From an uncultured Aminicenantes bacterium (lineage in GTDB: Bacteria > Acidobacteriota > Aminicenantia > UBA2199), in assembly GCA_965195285.1 (NCBI GenBank), contig CBDAFS010000062.1:128001-192000 (forward strand): a stretch of 64,000 nucleotides of DNA, in the 5' to 3' direction. The position numbers were made by a program, and so were the translations under genes. Shown here piece by piece: positions 18,480 through 27,992 of this stretch; the first letter of the stretch is position 1, and each line of letters starts with the position of its first letter. The notes under the pieces are model-generated. The model was not told the DNA's origin and did not search any database. It worked only from the letters and a program-made list of their open reading frames with translations.

Positions 18480-19658
18480 TTAAAAAAACTTTTTAATATT
18501 GATCAGGACAACTATTAAAAATACGATTAAAAAAATAATATTCTGGAGCAGATTGTTCCGATATTTGCCTACTTCCTTTTTGTTGAGCAGATAAAAAATA
18601 AAAACGGATACCAGCGGAAGCAGCAGGGCGTTGGTCACCTGGGCCAGCACAATCAGCTGCAGCGGTTTCAGGGAAGTCATACTGACCAGCATGCCAAAAC
18701 CAATCACGGTCAAAAATACCAGAGAAAACCGCCAATCTTTCTCTTTCCAGCCGAATAATCCCGCCGCTGTCCAGGCGGCTGCATAGGGGGCGGTAATTGC
18801 TGAGGAGAGTCCGGCCGAAAAAAACCCAATCCCCAAGAATACCTTAGCCAGTTCTCCTCCGTATAAGGGGGCTAACTGAAGGGAAAGATCAACCGGACTT
18901 TGAATCACCAGGCTCTTGGAGTAATAGGCAACCGAAGCGGTGACAATAACCGAAATGGTAATCGCCCCCCCCAGCCCGATGGACAGCAGGGTGTCTTTTC
19001 TCATCCAGGAAATGTCCTGATGATCTTTCCACTTCTTTAAAATGACGGCGGAATGAAGAAAAAGATTGTAGGGAACCACAGTGGTTCCCAGTAAAGCCAG
19101 AATCAAGATCAGGGAATTATCCGGAATCCGGGGAATAAAACCTTTCAATATTTCACCGAAATCAGGTCTGACAATCATGGCAGAAATAAAAAAACTCAGA
19201 CCCATCAATACCACCAGGGCAATCAACAACCTTTCAATGAGAATGTAATTTTTCCATATCAACAGAAATACCGCCATAAAACTGATCAAAATAGACCAGA
19301 TCGTCACATCTATATGGGTTAACATATTCAATCCCAGACTGCCGCCGATAATATTGCCGGCTTCATAGGCCGCACAGCCCACAATAATGGCGGTAAAGGC
19401 CAGGATTTGAAAGGTATATTTCAATATTTTCCTTTCACTGAGCTTCACCAGAGCAGAGGCCACATCCATCCCGGTTGAAAGTGAAAACCGCCCCACCATT
19501 TCCTGAAGAACAATGGCTGCCAGGGTGGCAATGACCACCACCCAGATCAATCCGAATCCAAACCGGGCCCCGGCCAGGGTTGAGGAGGTTATGGTCCCAG
19601 GACCGATAAAAGCAGCCGCTACCAAAAAACCGGGCCCAAACCTATTCTTTTTTCCCAT
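18480..19658 (-). CDS. Nramp-superfamily transporter, YcsG-like
   Basis: GPGFLVAAAFIGPGT and GTTVVPYNLFLH; about 11 TMs; lacks the DPGN metal motif; GAGGAGG RBS at ATG 19658. Confidence 0.8.
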   Translation of the reverse strand: MGKKNRFGPGFLVAAAFIGPGTITSSTLAGARFGFGLIWVVVIATLAAIVLQEMVGRFSLSTGMDVASALVKLSERKILKYTFQILAFTAIIVGCAAYEAGNIIGGSLGLNMLTHIDVTIWSILISFMAVFLLIWKNYILIERLLIALVVLMGLSFFISAMIVRPDFGEILKGFIPRIPDNSLILILALLGTTVVPYNLFLHSAVILKKWKDHQDISWMRKDTLLSIGLGGAITISVIVTASVAYYSKSLVIQSPVDLSLQLAPLYGGELAKVFLGIGFFSAGLSSAITAPYAAAWTAAGLFGWKEKDWRFSLVFLTVIGFGMLVSMTSLKPLQLIVLAQVTNALLLPLVSVFIFYLLNKKEVGKYRNNLLQNIIFLIVFLIVVLINIKKFF

Positions 19659-21189
19659 ACCCGCCTCCTCCCGGGGTTTCAATCACCAACAGGTCGCCGG
19701 CTTTGATAGCAATATTCAATTTTGAATTCAACTGTTGCTTTTTCCCTTCCCGGATCATGGTGTTTTTTCCCCTGCGGCCGGACCGGCCTCCGTTCAATCC
19801 ATAGGGTCCCCGGGTTCTTCGTTCGGAAAGGATACTGGCCTGACCCGCTGTCAAAAACCGGTATGACCTCAGCAGGCCGTTCCCGCCATTAAACTTGCCC
19901 TTTCCCCCCGAGTTTTTCCGCAAAGAATATTGTTCGATCCGGACCGGAAAATCCCTTTCCATGGCTTCGATCGGCGTATTCAGGGAATTGGTCATATGAG
20001 AATGAACCCCGGACTCACCATGAAAACCGGGCCCGGCCCCGGTTCCGCCTCCCAAGGTTTCATAATAGGTAAAACCCTTTCCTCCAAATGAAATGTTATT
20101 CATGGTTCCCTGGGAAGCTGCCGGAATTTTATCCGGAACTGCCCCGGCTAGAGCACCCAGCAACACATCAACGATTCTCTGGGAGGTCTCCACATTGCCG
20201 CCGGCCAGACCTGCCGGTCTGGAGGCATTGACCAGGGTATTTTCAGGTAAAATGAGTTGAACCGCCCGCATTAAACCTGAATTGATCGGGATATCCTCCT
20301 CCAGAAGCGTGGTCAGAACATACAAGACTGCGGAATAAGTAACCGCACGGTTGGTATTTATACCTCCGGTCACCTGGGGAGCGGTTCCGCTAAAATCAAT
20401 GACCATTTTTTCCTTCTCAACTTTTATTTTCACCGAAATCAAAATATCTTTTTCACTAAAGCCATCATCATCCATAAAATCCCTGAATCCATATTCTCCA
20501 TCCGGTATTTCTCGAATAACCGACTCAAAAACCCGTTCCGTATAATCAATTAAAAACCGGGAATACCTTGATAACTGTTTGAATCCATATTTTTCGATGT
20601 TGGCCATGATACGGGCTATTCCTCTTCTATTGGAAGCAATCTGGGCCAGCAAATCCCCTTTCCGTTCAAAGGGACTTCGGACATTTGACAGTATGAACTG
20701 TAGAATTTCCGGATCAATCTGATCCCGCTTTAGAATTTTGAGCGGAGGGATAATGATACCTTCCTGAAAGATCTCCGAGGAAAGCGGCATGGAACCGGCC
20801 TGCATTCCACCCACATCACTGTGATGAGCCCGGTTGGCCACAAAAAACACCAAATTGTTTTTATAAAAAACAGGCGCAATCAGGGTGATATCCGGTAGAT
20901 GGGTCCCACCCCGAAAGGGATCATTGAGAATGACCATGTCTCCGGGTAGAAATTGTATTTCTTTGAGGGCAGCTTCCACTGAAAGCGGCATGGCTCCCAG
21001 ATGGACCGGAATATGGGACCCAAAGGCAAAACTTTCCCCGGAGCCGGTAAACAGGGCGCAGGAAAAATCTTTACGCTCTTTGATATTCGGTGAAAAGGCC
21101 GAGTACTGAAGAATCTTTCCCATTTCCTCTGATATGGACTGGAAAATATTCTTGAAAATGGTGATCCGAATCACATCCATTTCAGTCAT
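19642..21189 (-). CDS. Hydantoinase B / 5-oxoprolinase subunit
   Basis: FSPNIKERKDFSCA, PVHLG, NDPFRGGTHLPD, HHSDVGG and ETPGGGGYG. Confidence 0.92.
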   Translation of the reverse strand: MTEMDVIRITIFKNIFQSISEEMGKILQYSAFSPNIKERKDFSCALFTGSGESFAFGSHIPVHLGAMPLSVEAALKEIQFLPGDMVILNDPFRGGTHLPDITLIAPVFYKNNLVFFVANRAHHSDVGGMQAGSMPLSSEIFQEGIIIPPLKILKRDQIDPEILQFILSNVRSPFERKGDLLAQIASNRRGIARIMANIEKYGFKQLSRYSRFLIDYTERVFESVIREIPDGEYGFRDFMDDDGFSEKDILISVKIKVEKEKMVIDFSGTAPQVTGGINTNRAVTYSAVLYVLTTLLEEDIPINSGLMRAVQLILPENTLVNASRPAGLAGGNVETSQRIVDVLLGALAGAVPDKIPAASQGTMNNISFGGKGFTYYETLGGGTGAGPGFHGESGVHSHMTNSLNTPIEAMERDFPVRIEQYSLRKNSGGKGKFNGGNGLLRSYRFLTAGQASILSERRTRGPYGLNGGRSGRRGKNTMIREGKKQQLNSKLNIAIKAGDLLVIETPGGGGYGKKE

Positions 21190-23159
21190 CCAGCCACCCC
21201 CTTTCTGGTCAATATCAGGTTGGTGTATTCATCCACCCGCACTTTAAAATCCCGTTCCACAACCACTGTTGAAGTATCGGAAACCACAATGGCCGGAACC
21301 CGGATATCCTGTCCCGGTTGAATAGCGTCCCGGTGATACACATAAAATGCCTGGAAATCTCCGTTAAAATAAATCCGTTTTTTATCCAGAAAGGGTGCTT
21401 GGCCGGACTGTTTTCTCTTCTTCCTGATCCTGATTTCCGAAGTTCTCCCCAGAGCCATCACTCTCAAATTCACAATTTCACAATCCGGATCATCCAGCCT
21501 GTATGAATACAACCTGTTGTGTTTTCGATGAAAATCCTGAATAAAATCGGGACCGAAGGGAACCGTCAGCTCAAAGGATTGGCCCCGGTAGCGTATATCC
21601 AGTTCCCGCTGAATAACAGAATTTTCTTCTGAAAACCCGTCCTGCATCAACACCCGGTTTGCTTCCCGGATGATTTTGGAAAAACCCCTCTCAATTTCCC
21701 GGCTAATTCCCGGTCCAAAAGGTTTTAAAAATGAGTGGGAAAATTCCTTCTGAAAATCTGCCACCAGCATCCCCAGAGCGGAAAAAATCCCCTGATACGG
21801 GGGAATTAAAATCCGGTTTATGCCCAGTCTGTCAGCCAATAATGTGGCCACCATTCCTCCCGCACCCCCGAAAGGCAAAAGCGTATAGAACCGGGGATCT
21901 TCACCTTTTTCAAGGGTGACCGCTCGCAGGGCCTTTTCTATAGCTGAAACGGAAATCATGATTATTCCCTCAGCGGTTTCATGCAGCGTCTTACCCACAC
22001 TGCGGGCAATTCTATTCACTGCCTGAATACTTTTTTGGGGGAAGATTTTCATATTCCCGCCCAGGAATAACTCCGGTTGAATAATTCCGTTTACCACAAA
22101 AGCATCGGTCACAGTGGGAAGCTGAGATTTTCCATAACAGGCCGGCCCGGGATCCGCGCCGGCACTCTCCGGCCCCACCTGCAGCACCCCTCCACGGTCA
22201 ATTTTAGCAATGGACCCCCCACCGGCACCCACAGTGGCAATGTCAATAATGGGAATTCGCAGGGGAAGGTTCTCCATATATCCATCCCGGGTCAGCAGCA
22301 GCTGCCCGCTTTTTATGATGGAGACATCGGTTGAAGTGCCTCCCATATCCAGGGTAATGATATTGGGATTCCGGGTCAACCCGGAAAACCGCCTGGCGGC
22401 AATCACACCTCCGGCAGGACCGGACATGATGGTTCTGACCGGTTCTTCGATTATTCTTTCGGGTGGTAATACCCCTCCGTTTGACTGCATAATATAAAAT
22501 CTATTCCGCTCCAGTTTGCTTTTGAGACTGTTGACATATGTGGCAATTATGGGTTTCAGGCTTGAGTTCAATATGGTGACCACTGCCCGCTCATATTCAC
22601 GGTATTCGGGCATGATTTCCGAACTGGCCGTTACCTGAAAACCATGATTTCTAAAAATCTCGGCGACCTTGTTTTCATTTTCAGGGTTCTGATAGGAATG
22701 CAGAAAAACAATTCCAACGGCCACAATTCCCTGTTTTTTCATTCTGTCGATGAGTTTGGGAAGACCGGAAGTGACAGCCGGTTTCAAAAGGGTTCCATCG
22801 GCCAGGGTTCTCTCTTCAAGGCCGTAGCAACGGGAAAGGGGAATGAGTTGAAAAGGTTTTTTCACCTGAAATGAAAACAGGCTGGTCCGGTTCTGACGCC
22901 CAATAACCAGCAGGTGCTCAAACCCCCGGGTGGCTACAAAAGCGACCCGGGCCATTTTTTTCTGCAAAAAGGCATTGGTGGCTACGGTGGTACCGTGGAC
23001 CAGTTCAAACGATGATCCCCCTACCGAATCCAGTCCCCTCTGAATTGAATTTGCAGGGTTTTCCGGAGTGGAGGGCAACTTTGAAGTTTTAATATTTTTC
23101 CCGTCAAAAAAAACAAAGTCGGTAAAAGTACCTCCGGTATCAACACCAATTCTCAACAT
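21186..23159 (-). CDS. Hydantoinase A / 5-oxoprolinase ATP-binding subunit
   Basis: GVDTGGTFTD, HGTTVATN, SGPAGG, DMGGTSTD and GPESAGADPGPACY. Confidence 0.92.
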   Translation of the reverse strand: MLRIGVDTGGTFTDFVFFDGKNIKTSKLPSTPENPANSIQRGLDSVGGSSFELVHGTTVATNAFLQKKMARVAFVATRGFEHLLVIGRQNRTSLFSFQVKKPFQLIPLSRCYGLEERTLADGTLLKPAVTSGLPKLIDRMKKQGIVAVGIVFLHSYQNPENENKVAEIFRNHGFQVTASSEIMPEYREYERAVVTILNSSLKPIIATYVNSLKSKLERNRFYIMQSNGGVLPPERIIEEPVRTIMSGPAGGVIAARRFSGLTRNPNIITLDMGGTSTDVSIIKSGQLLLTRDGYMENLPLRIPIIDIATVGAGGGSIAKIDRGGVLQVGPESAGADPGPACYGKSQLPTVTDAFVVNGIIQPELFLGGNMKIFPQKSIQAVNRIARSVGKTLHETAEGIIMISVSAIEKALRAVTLEKGEDPRFYTLLPFGGAGGMVATLLADRLGINRILIPPYQGIFSALGMLVADFQKEFSHSFLKPFGPGISREIERGFSKIIREANRVLMQDGFSEENSVIQRELDIRYRGQSFELTVPFGPDFIQDFHRKHNRLYSYRLDDPDCEIVNLRVMALGRTSEIRIRKKRKQSGQAPFLDKKRIYFNGDFQAFYVYHRDAIQPGQDIRVPAIVVSDTSTVVVERDFKVRVDEYTNLILTRKGVAG

Positions 23160-23178
23160 TTTCTCCCAATCGGATTAT

Positions 23179-24648
23179 TCAAATTTTTATATTCAGCTTT
23201 TTAAATAATTTTAACCCATCTTCACGGGTGTCAAATTCACCATCCAGCTGAAGTTCATACAGTTTCTTCAATAGTTCACCCATTTTTTTCCCCGGGGGAA
23301 CACCCATGTCCAGCAAATCCCGGCCCAGAATCAGCGGTTTTATGGTCTCCTTGCTGATATTCAGTTCTTCTTTTTTCCCAAAAAACCATTTGGTAACTCT
23401 ATCCAGCCGGGTAAAGGCCAGGGGTCTGGATCGCCGGGACTGGCGATCCGAAAAATCAAGCAATGCCAGTAGAAAATCATGGCCATTTAAATCCTTCACG
23501 ATTCGGGAAATGGCCTTGAAGCCGATCTCCTCTTTGTTTCGGTACAAATCATAGATCCGGTGATGGTTTTTAATCAAATCAAGGATGGTTGCTTTCAGCG
23601 GAAAATGGCTCCGGGTTTCAATTTTTAGTTCAGACAAAAACGAATCCGCAATCCTGCCTCCCCTGGAATCATGTGACAGGGAGGTAACGGTCATCCGGTT
23701 TCGCTTGAATTCCCACTTGGTGGTGGCCGGTTTGCCAATGTCATGAAGCAGGGCTGCCAGGAGCAGGGCCAGGGAATTTTCTTCATCCAATTCAAACATC
23801 CGGCTGACTTTCCGGGCAATATCAACCGTAATCAAGGTATGGGCCCACACACTGTGATGACCGTATTCATCCCTTTCCGGATGAAAAATCGAGTCTTGAA
23901 TGGTCATGGTGAGCTTAAAAAGTGCCGGAAATATTTTTTCCAGGACCGATAATTTAAAATACTCATTCAATCCCAGGGAAGGCTGATCCGATTCCAGCAA
24001 CAAGCGATACAACTCTTCCTGAATCCTCTCTTTGCTTAATTCATTAAGGTTGACATTCTTGGCATTGGAATAGATATCTGGATCAACTGAAAAATGGTGA
24101 ACCGAACTGAACCGGGCACACCTGAGAATCCGGAGCGGATCATCAAAAAAGGTGTCGGGTCCGGTCATTGTTATTTTTTTTTCCCGGATGGACTTAACCC
24201 CATCGAATGGATCGACCAGCTTGTGGTCAATCAAACGCAGGGCCAGGGAATTGCAAGTAAAATCCCTCCGCTTCAGATCTTCTTCGAGTTTTATATGGGG
24301 TCCGTACTCGATGATGAAATTTTTATGTGAATGCGACTCTTTTTCCTTTTTTACATCTCTCCTGGGTATGGATATATCAAAACTATGCCCCTCTCTGGTA
24401 AATTTCACCACAGCAAAACTTTTCCCTACCGTATTGGTCTTTCCGTATCCGGATAATTTTTTTTCGATTTCATCATAGCCGTGATCAATGACCACCAGGT
24501 CTATATCCTGATTCAAATTGATTTCTTTATAAAGCAGGTAATCCCTGATGGTCCCCCCCACCAGATACACCTTGTCTTCAAATATTTTTATAAATAAATC
24601 TTTTAGAGGGAAATCAATTTTTTTTAGAATCATGGGTAAGAAATTCAT
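23179..24648 (-). CDS. cca: CCA tRNA nucleotidyltransferase (class II) with HD domain
   Basis: VGGTIRD, DIDL, EEDLKRRDFT, DDPLRILR and HDIGK; alternative start at 24633. Confidence 0.8.
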   Translation of the reverse strand: MNFLPMILKKIDFPLKDLFIKIFEDKVYLVGGTIRDYLLYKEINLNQDIDLVVIDHGYDEIEKKLSGYGKTNTVGKSFAVVKFTREGHSFDISIPRRDVKKEKESHSHKNFIIEYGPHIKLEEDLKRRDFTCNSLALRLIDHKLVDPFDGVKSIREKKITMTGPDTFFDDPLRILRCARFSSVHHFSVDPDIYSNAKNVNLNELSKERIQEELYRLLLESDQPSLGLNEYFKLSVLEKIFPALFKLTMTIQDSIFHPERDEYGHHSVWAHTLITVDIARKVSRMFELDEENSLALLLAALLHDIGKPATTKWEFKRNRMTVTSLSHDSRGGRIADSFLSELKIETRSHFPLKATILDLIKNHHRIYDLYRNKEEIGFKAISRIVKDLNGHDFLLALLDFSDRQSRRSRPLAFTRLDRVTKWFFGKKEELNISKETIKPLILGRDLLDMGVPPGKKMGELLKKLYELQLDGEFDTREDGLKLFKKLNIKI

Positions 24649-25135
24649 CCAGATATTTTAAAAAAACCTTCAGTTCTTCAAACTGATCCTCATGAATATG
24701 CTCAATAAAAAAGGCCAAGAAATTATTCTTGATTCGATGTTCTTTCCTGACCAGTTTCAACTCGGCAACCCGAAATTGGTTGATGGGAGTAACCACCAGC
24801 ACCTGTTTCAAAACCACATTTAACGGTAGTTTTTTCAAGGGGAATCGGGACTCTGCCAAAATTCCGGTCAGCGATATGTCAATGACCGATGCCTTCAGCC
24901 GGGGAAAAGGTTCTCCGGAAAAATTCAGAAAAACATCTATTGAATCCGGAATCAGAATCCGGGGGATTGTCCTCAGGTTATTTTTTTCCAGATCATGTTC
25001 CGACCGGAAGGTTTTGAATTTTTCCTTTATTTCCTTTTTTTTCCTTTTTTCCTGAATCCGGAAAAAGACCATCAACAAAATCAGCAATCCGAGAAATAAA
25101 ACCGAAAAAACCAGTACACTGTCCAATCTTTCCAT
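24614..25135 (-). CDS. Membrane-anchored PilZ-like protein
   Basis: N-terminal TM; RTIPR and DISLTG motifs. Confidence 0.55.
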   Translation of the reverse strand: MERLDSVLVFSVLFLGLLILLMVFFRIQEKRKKKEIKEKFKTFRSEHDLEKNNLRTIPRILIPDSIDVFLNFSGEPFPRLKASVIDISLTGILAESRFPLKKLPLNVVLKQVLVVTPINQFRVAELKLVRKEHRIKNNFLAFFIEHIHEDQFEELKVFLKYLDEFLTHDSKKN

Positions 25136-25292
25136 GTTCGGTCAACCCATACTGGGAATAATAAAGATTTTTTTCTGAAGTGTCAAACCAAAACCGGGAT
25201 TTTTCCAATCATAAAACCCGTCCGGACCGAAAAATTCCACCCGGAGATCGTTCATCTATTGAACTTTTTAGATTAAAGTTGTATATTTAAAT

Positions 25293-26696
25293 ATGGATAT
25301 TTCTTTTTATTCACACGGAGCCTGCCGGGAAGTCACCGGATCAAAACATTTTATCCGGACCGAATCGGATATCATTCAGATCGACAGTGGCATGTTCCAG
25401 GGAAAACGCAAACAGTCTTACCTGAAGAACAGGGAATTGAAATTTTCTCCATCCCAGGTTAAATCGGTTCTGCTCACTCATGGTCATTTTGACCATTCGG
25501 GTGCCCTGCCCATATTGATCAACAATGGTTTTTCCGGCTCTATTTTTTCAACCCCGGCCACCCGGGATATCGCTAATATTATTCTCCTGGACAGCGCTTA
25601 CATTCAAAAAAAGGACTACGAGTACATCCAGGATAAAATATCCAAACAACCGGAGAGGAAACTGAAATTGTACGAACCGCTTTATTCAATTCAGGATGTG
25701 GTGAACACCATGCATCATTTTGTCACCCTGGATTATCACAAACTATTTTCCCCCGCCCCCGGAATTGAAGCCACATTCTATGATGCCGGGCATATTCTTG
25801 GCAGTTCTATGATCTATTTGAATATTCGTGATCAATTGAAGGTTGGTTTTTCCGGAGACCTGGGAAGGCAGGACCTGCCCATTATCAGGGATCCCGAAAT
25901 AATGCCCCCAATGGATTATCTGATATTAGAAGGCACCTACGGAGATCGATTACACCAGTCCATCGGCATGGGTCAGGAGGAGTTAGGAGAAATGATTAAC
26001 CAGACTGTCCGGAAGAAAGGTAAAATAATCATTCCGGCTTTTACCATAGAAAGAACCCAGGAACTCATATATTTTATTCATTCATTGCTTTTAAACGACC
26101 AGATCCCGCCCATACCCATCTATATTGATTCACCCATGGCCGTTAATGCAACCGCCATTTTTGCCACCCATCCGGAATGTTTCGATCAAGAAACCTATGA
26201 GAATTTTACCTCCCTGAATATCAATCCATTCGGTTTCGACAACATCAAATATATTGTCTCCACCCAAGAATCCATTGCCCTGAATTCACAAAAAGGCCCC
26301 GCCATTATCATTTCAGCCAGCGGTATGGCTGAAAACGGGCGGATACTCCATCATTTAAAGAACAATATCGAGGACCCTTCAAACACCATTGCCATTGTGG
26401 GTTTTATGGCTGAAAACACTTTGGGTCGAAAATTAGTGGAACAACACAAGCAAATTAAAATTTTCGGAAAAACATACCCGGTAAAGGCCAAAATCCGGAC
26501 CCTGAATGCATTCTCCGGTCATGCCGACTATGAAGAAATCATCAACTGGCTGGGAAGACACGATTTATCCCGAATGAAGAAAATATTCCTGGTTCACGGC
26601 GAGGAAAAGGCGTTGAAGAGCCTGAAATCAAAGCTGCTTTCCTTTGGAATCAAACAGGTTGAAATTGCCGAGTATGACCAGGTATATGGATTGTGA
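25293..26696 (+). CDS. MBL-fold beta-CASP ribonuclease
   Basis: VTGS, THGHFDH, AGHILGS, FSGHAD and LVHGE. Confidence 0.92.
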   Translation: MDISFYSHGACREVTGSKHFIRTESDIIQIDSGMFQGKRKQSYLKNRELKFSPSQVKSVLLTHGHFDHSGALPILINNGFSGSIFSTPATRDIANIILLDSAYIQKKDYEYIQDKISKQPERKLKLYEPLYSIQDVVNTMHHFVTLDYHKLFSPAPGIEATFYDAGHILGSSMIYLNIRDQLKVGFSGDLGRQDLPIIRDPEIMPPMDYLILEGTYGDRLHQSIGMGQEELGEMINQTVRKKGKIIIPAFTIERTQELIYFIHSLLLNDQIPPIPIYIDSPMAVNATAIFATHPECFDQETYENFTSLNINPFGFDNIKYIVSTQESIALNSQKGPAIIISASGMAENGRILHHLKNNIEDPSNTIAIVGFMAENTLGRKLVEQHKQIKIFGKTYPVKAKIRTLNAFSGHADYEEIINWLGRHDLSRMKKIFLVHGEEKALKSLKSKLLSFGIKQVEIAEYDQVYGL

Positions 26697-26795
26697 GGCC
26701 TAATTGACCGGCCAGGCCAGGCCATAGTTCCCTGAAAACTTGATATTTAATAGATTATATAATATATTATATATGAGAATATCTGGAGATACAGC

Positions 26796-27992
26796 ATGAA
26801 TATTGATGACCTCCTAAAAATTTCAGTGGAAAGAGGGGCATCGGATTTGCATCTGAAAGTCGGAAACCATCCGGTTTTAAGAATAAGCGGATTATTGCAT
26901 CCCCTCGTTGAACTCAAACGATTGATGCAGGAAGACACCATTGCCATGTCTTTCTCAATCATGAATGCCGAGCAAAAGGATCGATTTAAAAAAGAACATG
27001 AAATCGATATGGCTCACAGTGTCCCGGGACTGGGGCGGTTTCGTTGCAATGTGTTTCATCAGAGGGGTGCCATCGGAATGGTAATGAGGGTGATCCCCAC
27101 CCAGGTCAAAGCCATTTCCGATCTAAACCTGCCTCTGGTTCTGGAAAAAATTGCCGATGAGCGAAGGGGAATGGTGCTGGTAACCGGAACCACGGGAAGC
27201 GGGAAATCCACAACCCTGGCAGCCATGATCGATCACATCAATACCCATCGAATCGAACATATGATCACCATTGAAGATCCCATTGAATACCTGCACCGGG
27301 ATAAAAAAAGTATTCTCAACCAGAGGGAAGTCGGTCAGGACACCAATAGTTTCTCCACCGCCTTGAGAAGCGCTTTGAGAGAAGACCCGGATGTTATTCT
27401 GGTCGGCGAAATGAGGGATCTGGAAACCATCGAAACCGCATTGTTGGCTGCAGAAACCGGCCACATGTTGCTATCCACGCTTCATACTCTGGATGCTCCC
27501 GAAACCATAAACCGAATCATCTCCATGTTCCCCCCCCACCACCAGAAGCAAATCAGAATACAGTTAGCATCGGTTTTAAAGGCCATTATATCCATGCGCC
27601 TGATCCCCAGAGCAGACCAGAAAGGCCGGGTTCCAGCAGTTGAAATACTGGTCAATACCCCCTTTATCCAGGACTGTATTACGGTACCGGAAAAAACCAA
27701 ACTCATCAGAGAAGCCATTTCCACCGGAGTTTCTCAATATGGCATGCAAACCTTTGACCAATCACTGTTTTTCCTCTATGAAAAAAAATTCATTAGTTAT
27801 GAGGAGGCCTTGAAATGGGCTTCCAATCCGGATGAATTCAAACTCAAAAAAATCGGAATCCAATCCACCAAAGATATGTCCCAGCAAGAAATTGAAAAAC
27901 GGATGTCCGATATCGGTCAGGCCGAAGGACCGGAAAGTAAAACGGATTCGGATTTCGAAGATCACCACCTTCTGGATATTGACAATATATGA
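26796..27992 (+). CDS. pilT: Type IV pilus retraction ATPase PilT/PilU family
   Basis: GASDLHL, GTTGSGKST, TIEDPIE, LREDPDVILVGEMRD, TGH...TLHT and GMQTFDQ. Confidence 0.9.
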   Translation: MNIDDLLKISVERGASDLHLKVGNHPVLRISGLLHPLVELKRLMQEDTIAMSFSIMNAEQKDRFKKEHEIDMAHSVPGLGRFRCNVFHQRGAIGMVMRVIPTQVKAISDLNLPLVLEKIADERRGMVLVTGTTGSGKSTTLAAMIDHINTHRIEHMITIEDPIEYLHRDKKSILNQREVGQDTNSFSTALRSALREDPDVILVGEMRDLETIETALLAAETGHMLLSTLHTLDAPETINRIISMFPPHHQKQIRIQLASVLKAIISMRLIPRADQKGRVPAVEILVNTPFIQDCITVPEKTKLIREAISTGVSQYGMQTFDQSLFFLYEKKFISYEEALKWASNPDEFKLKKIGIQSTKDMSQQEIEKRMSDIGQAEGPESKTDSDFEDHHLLDIDNI

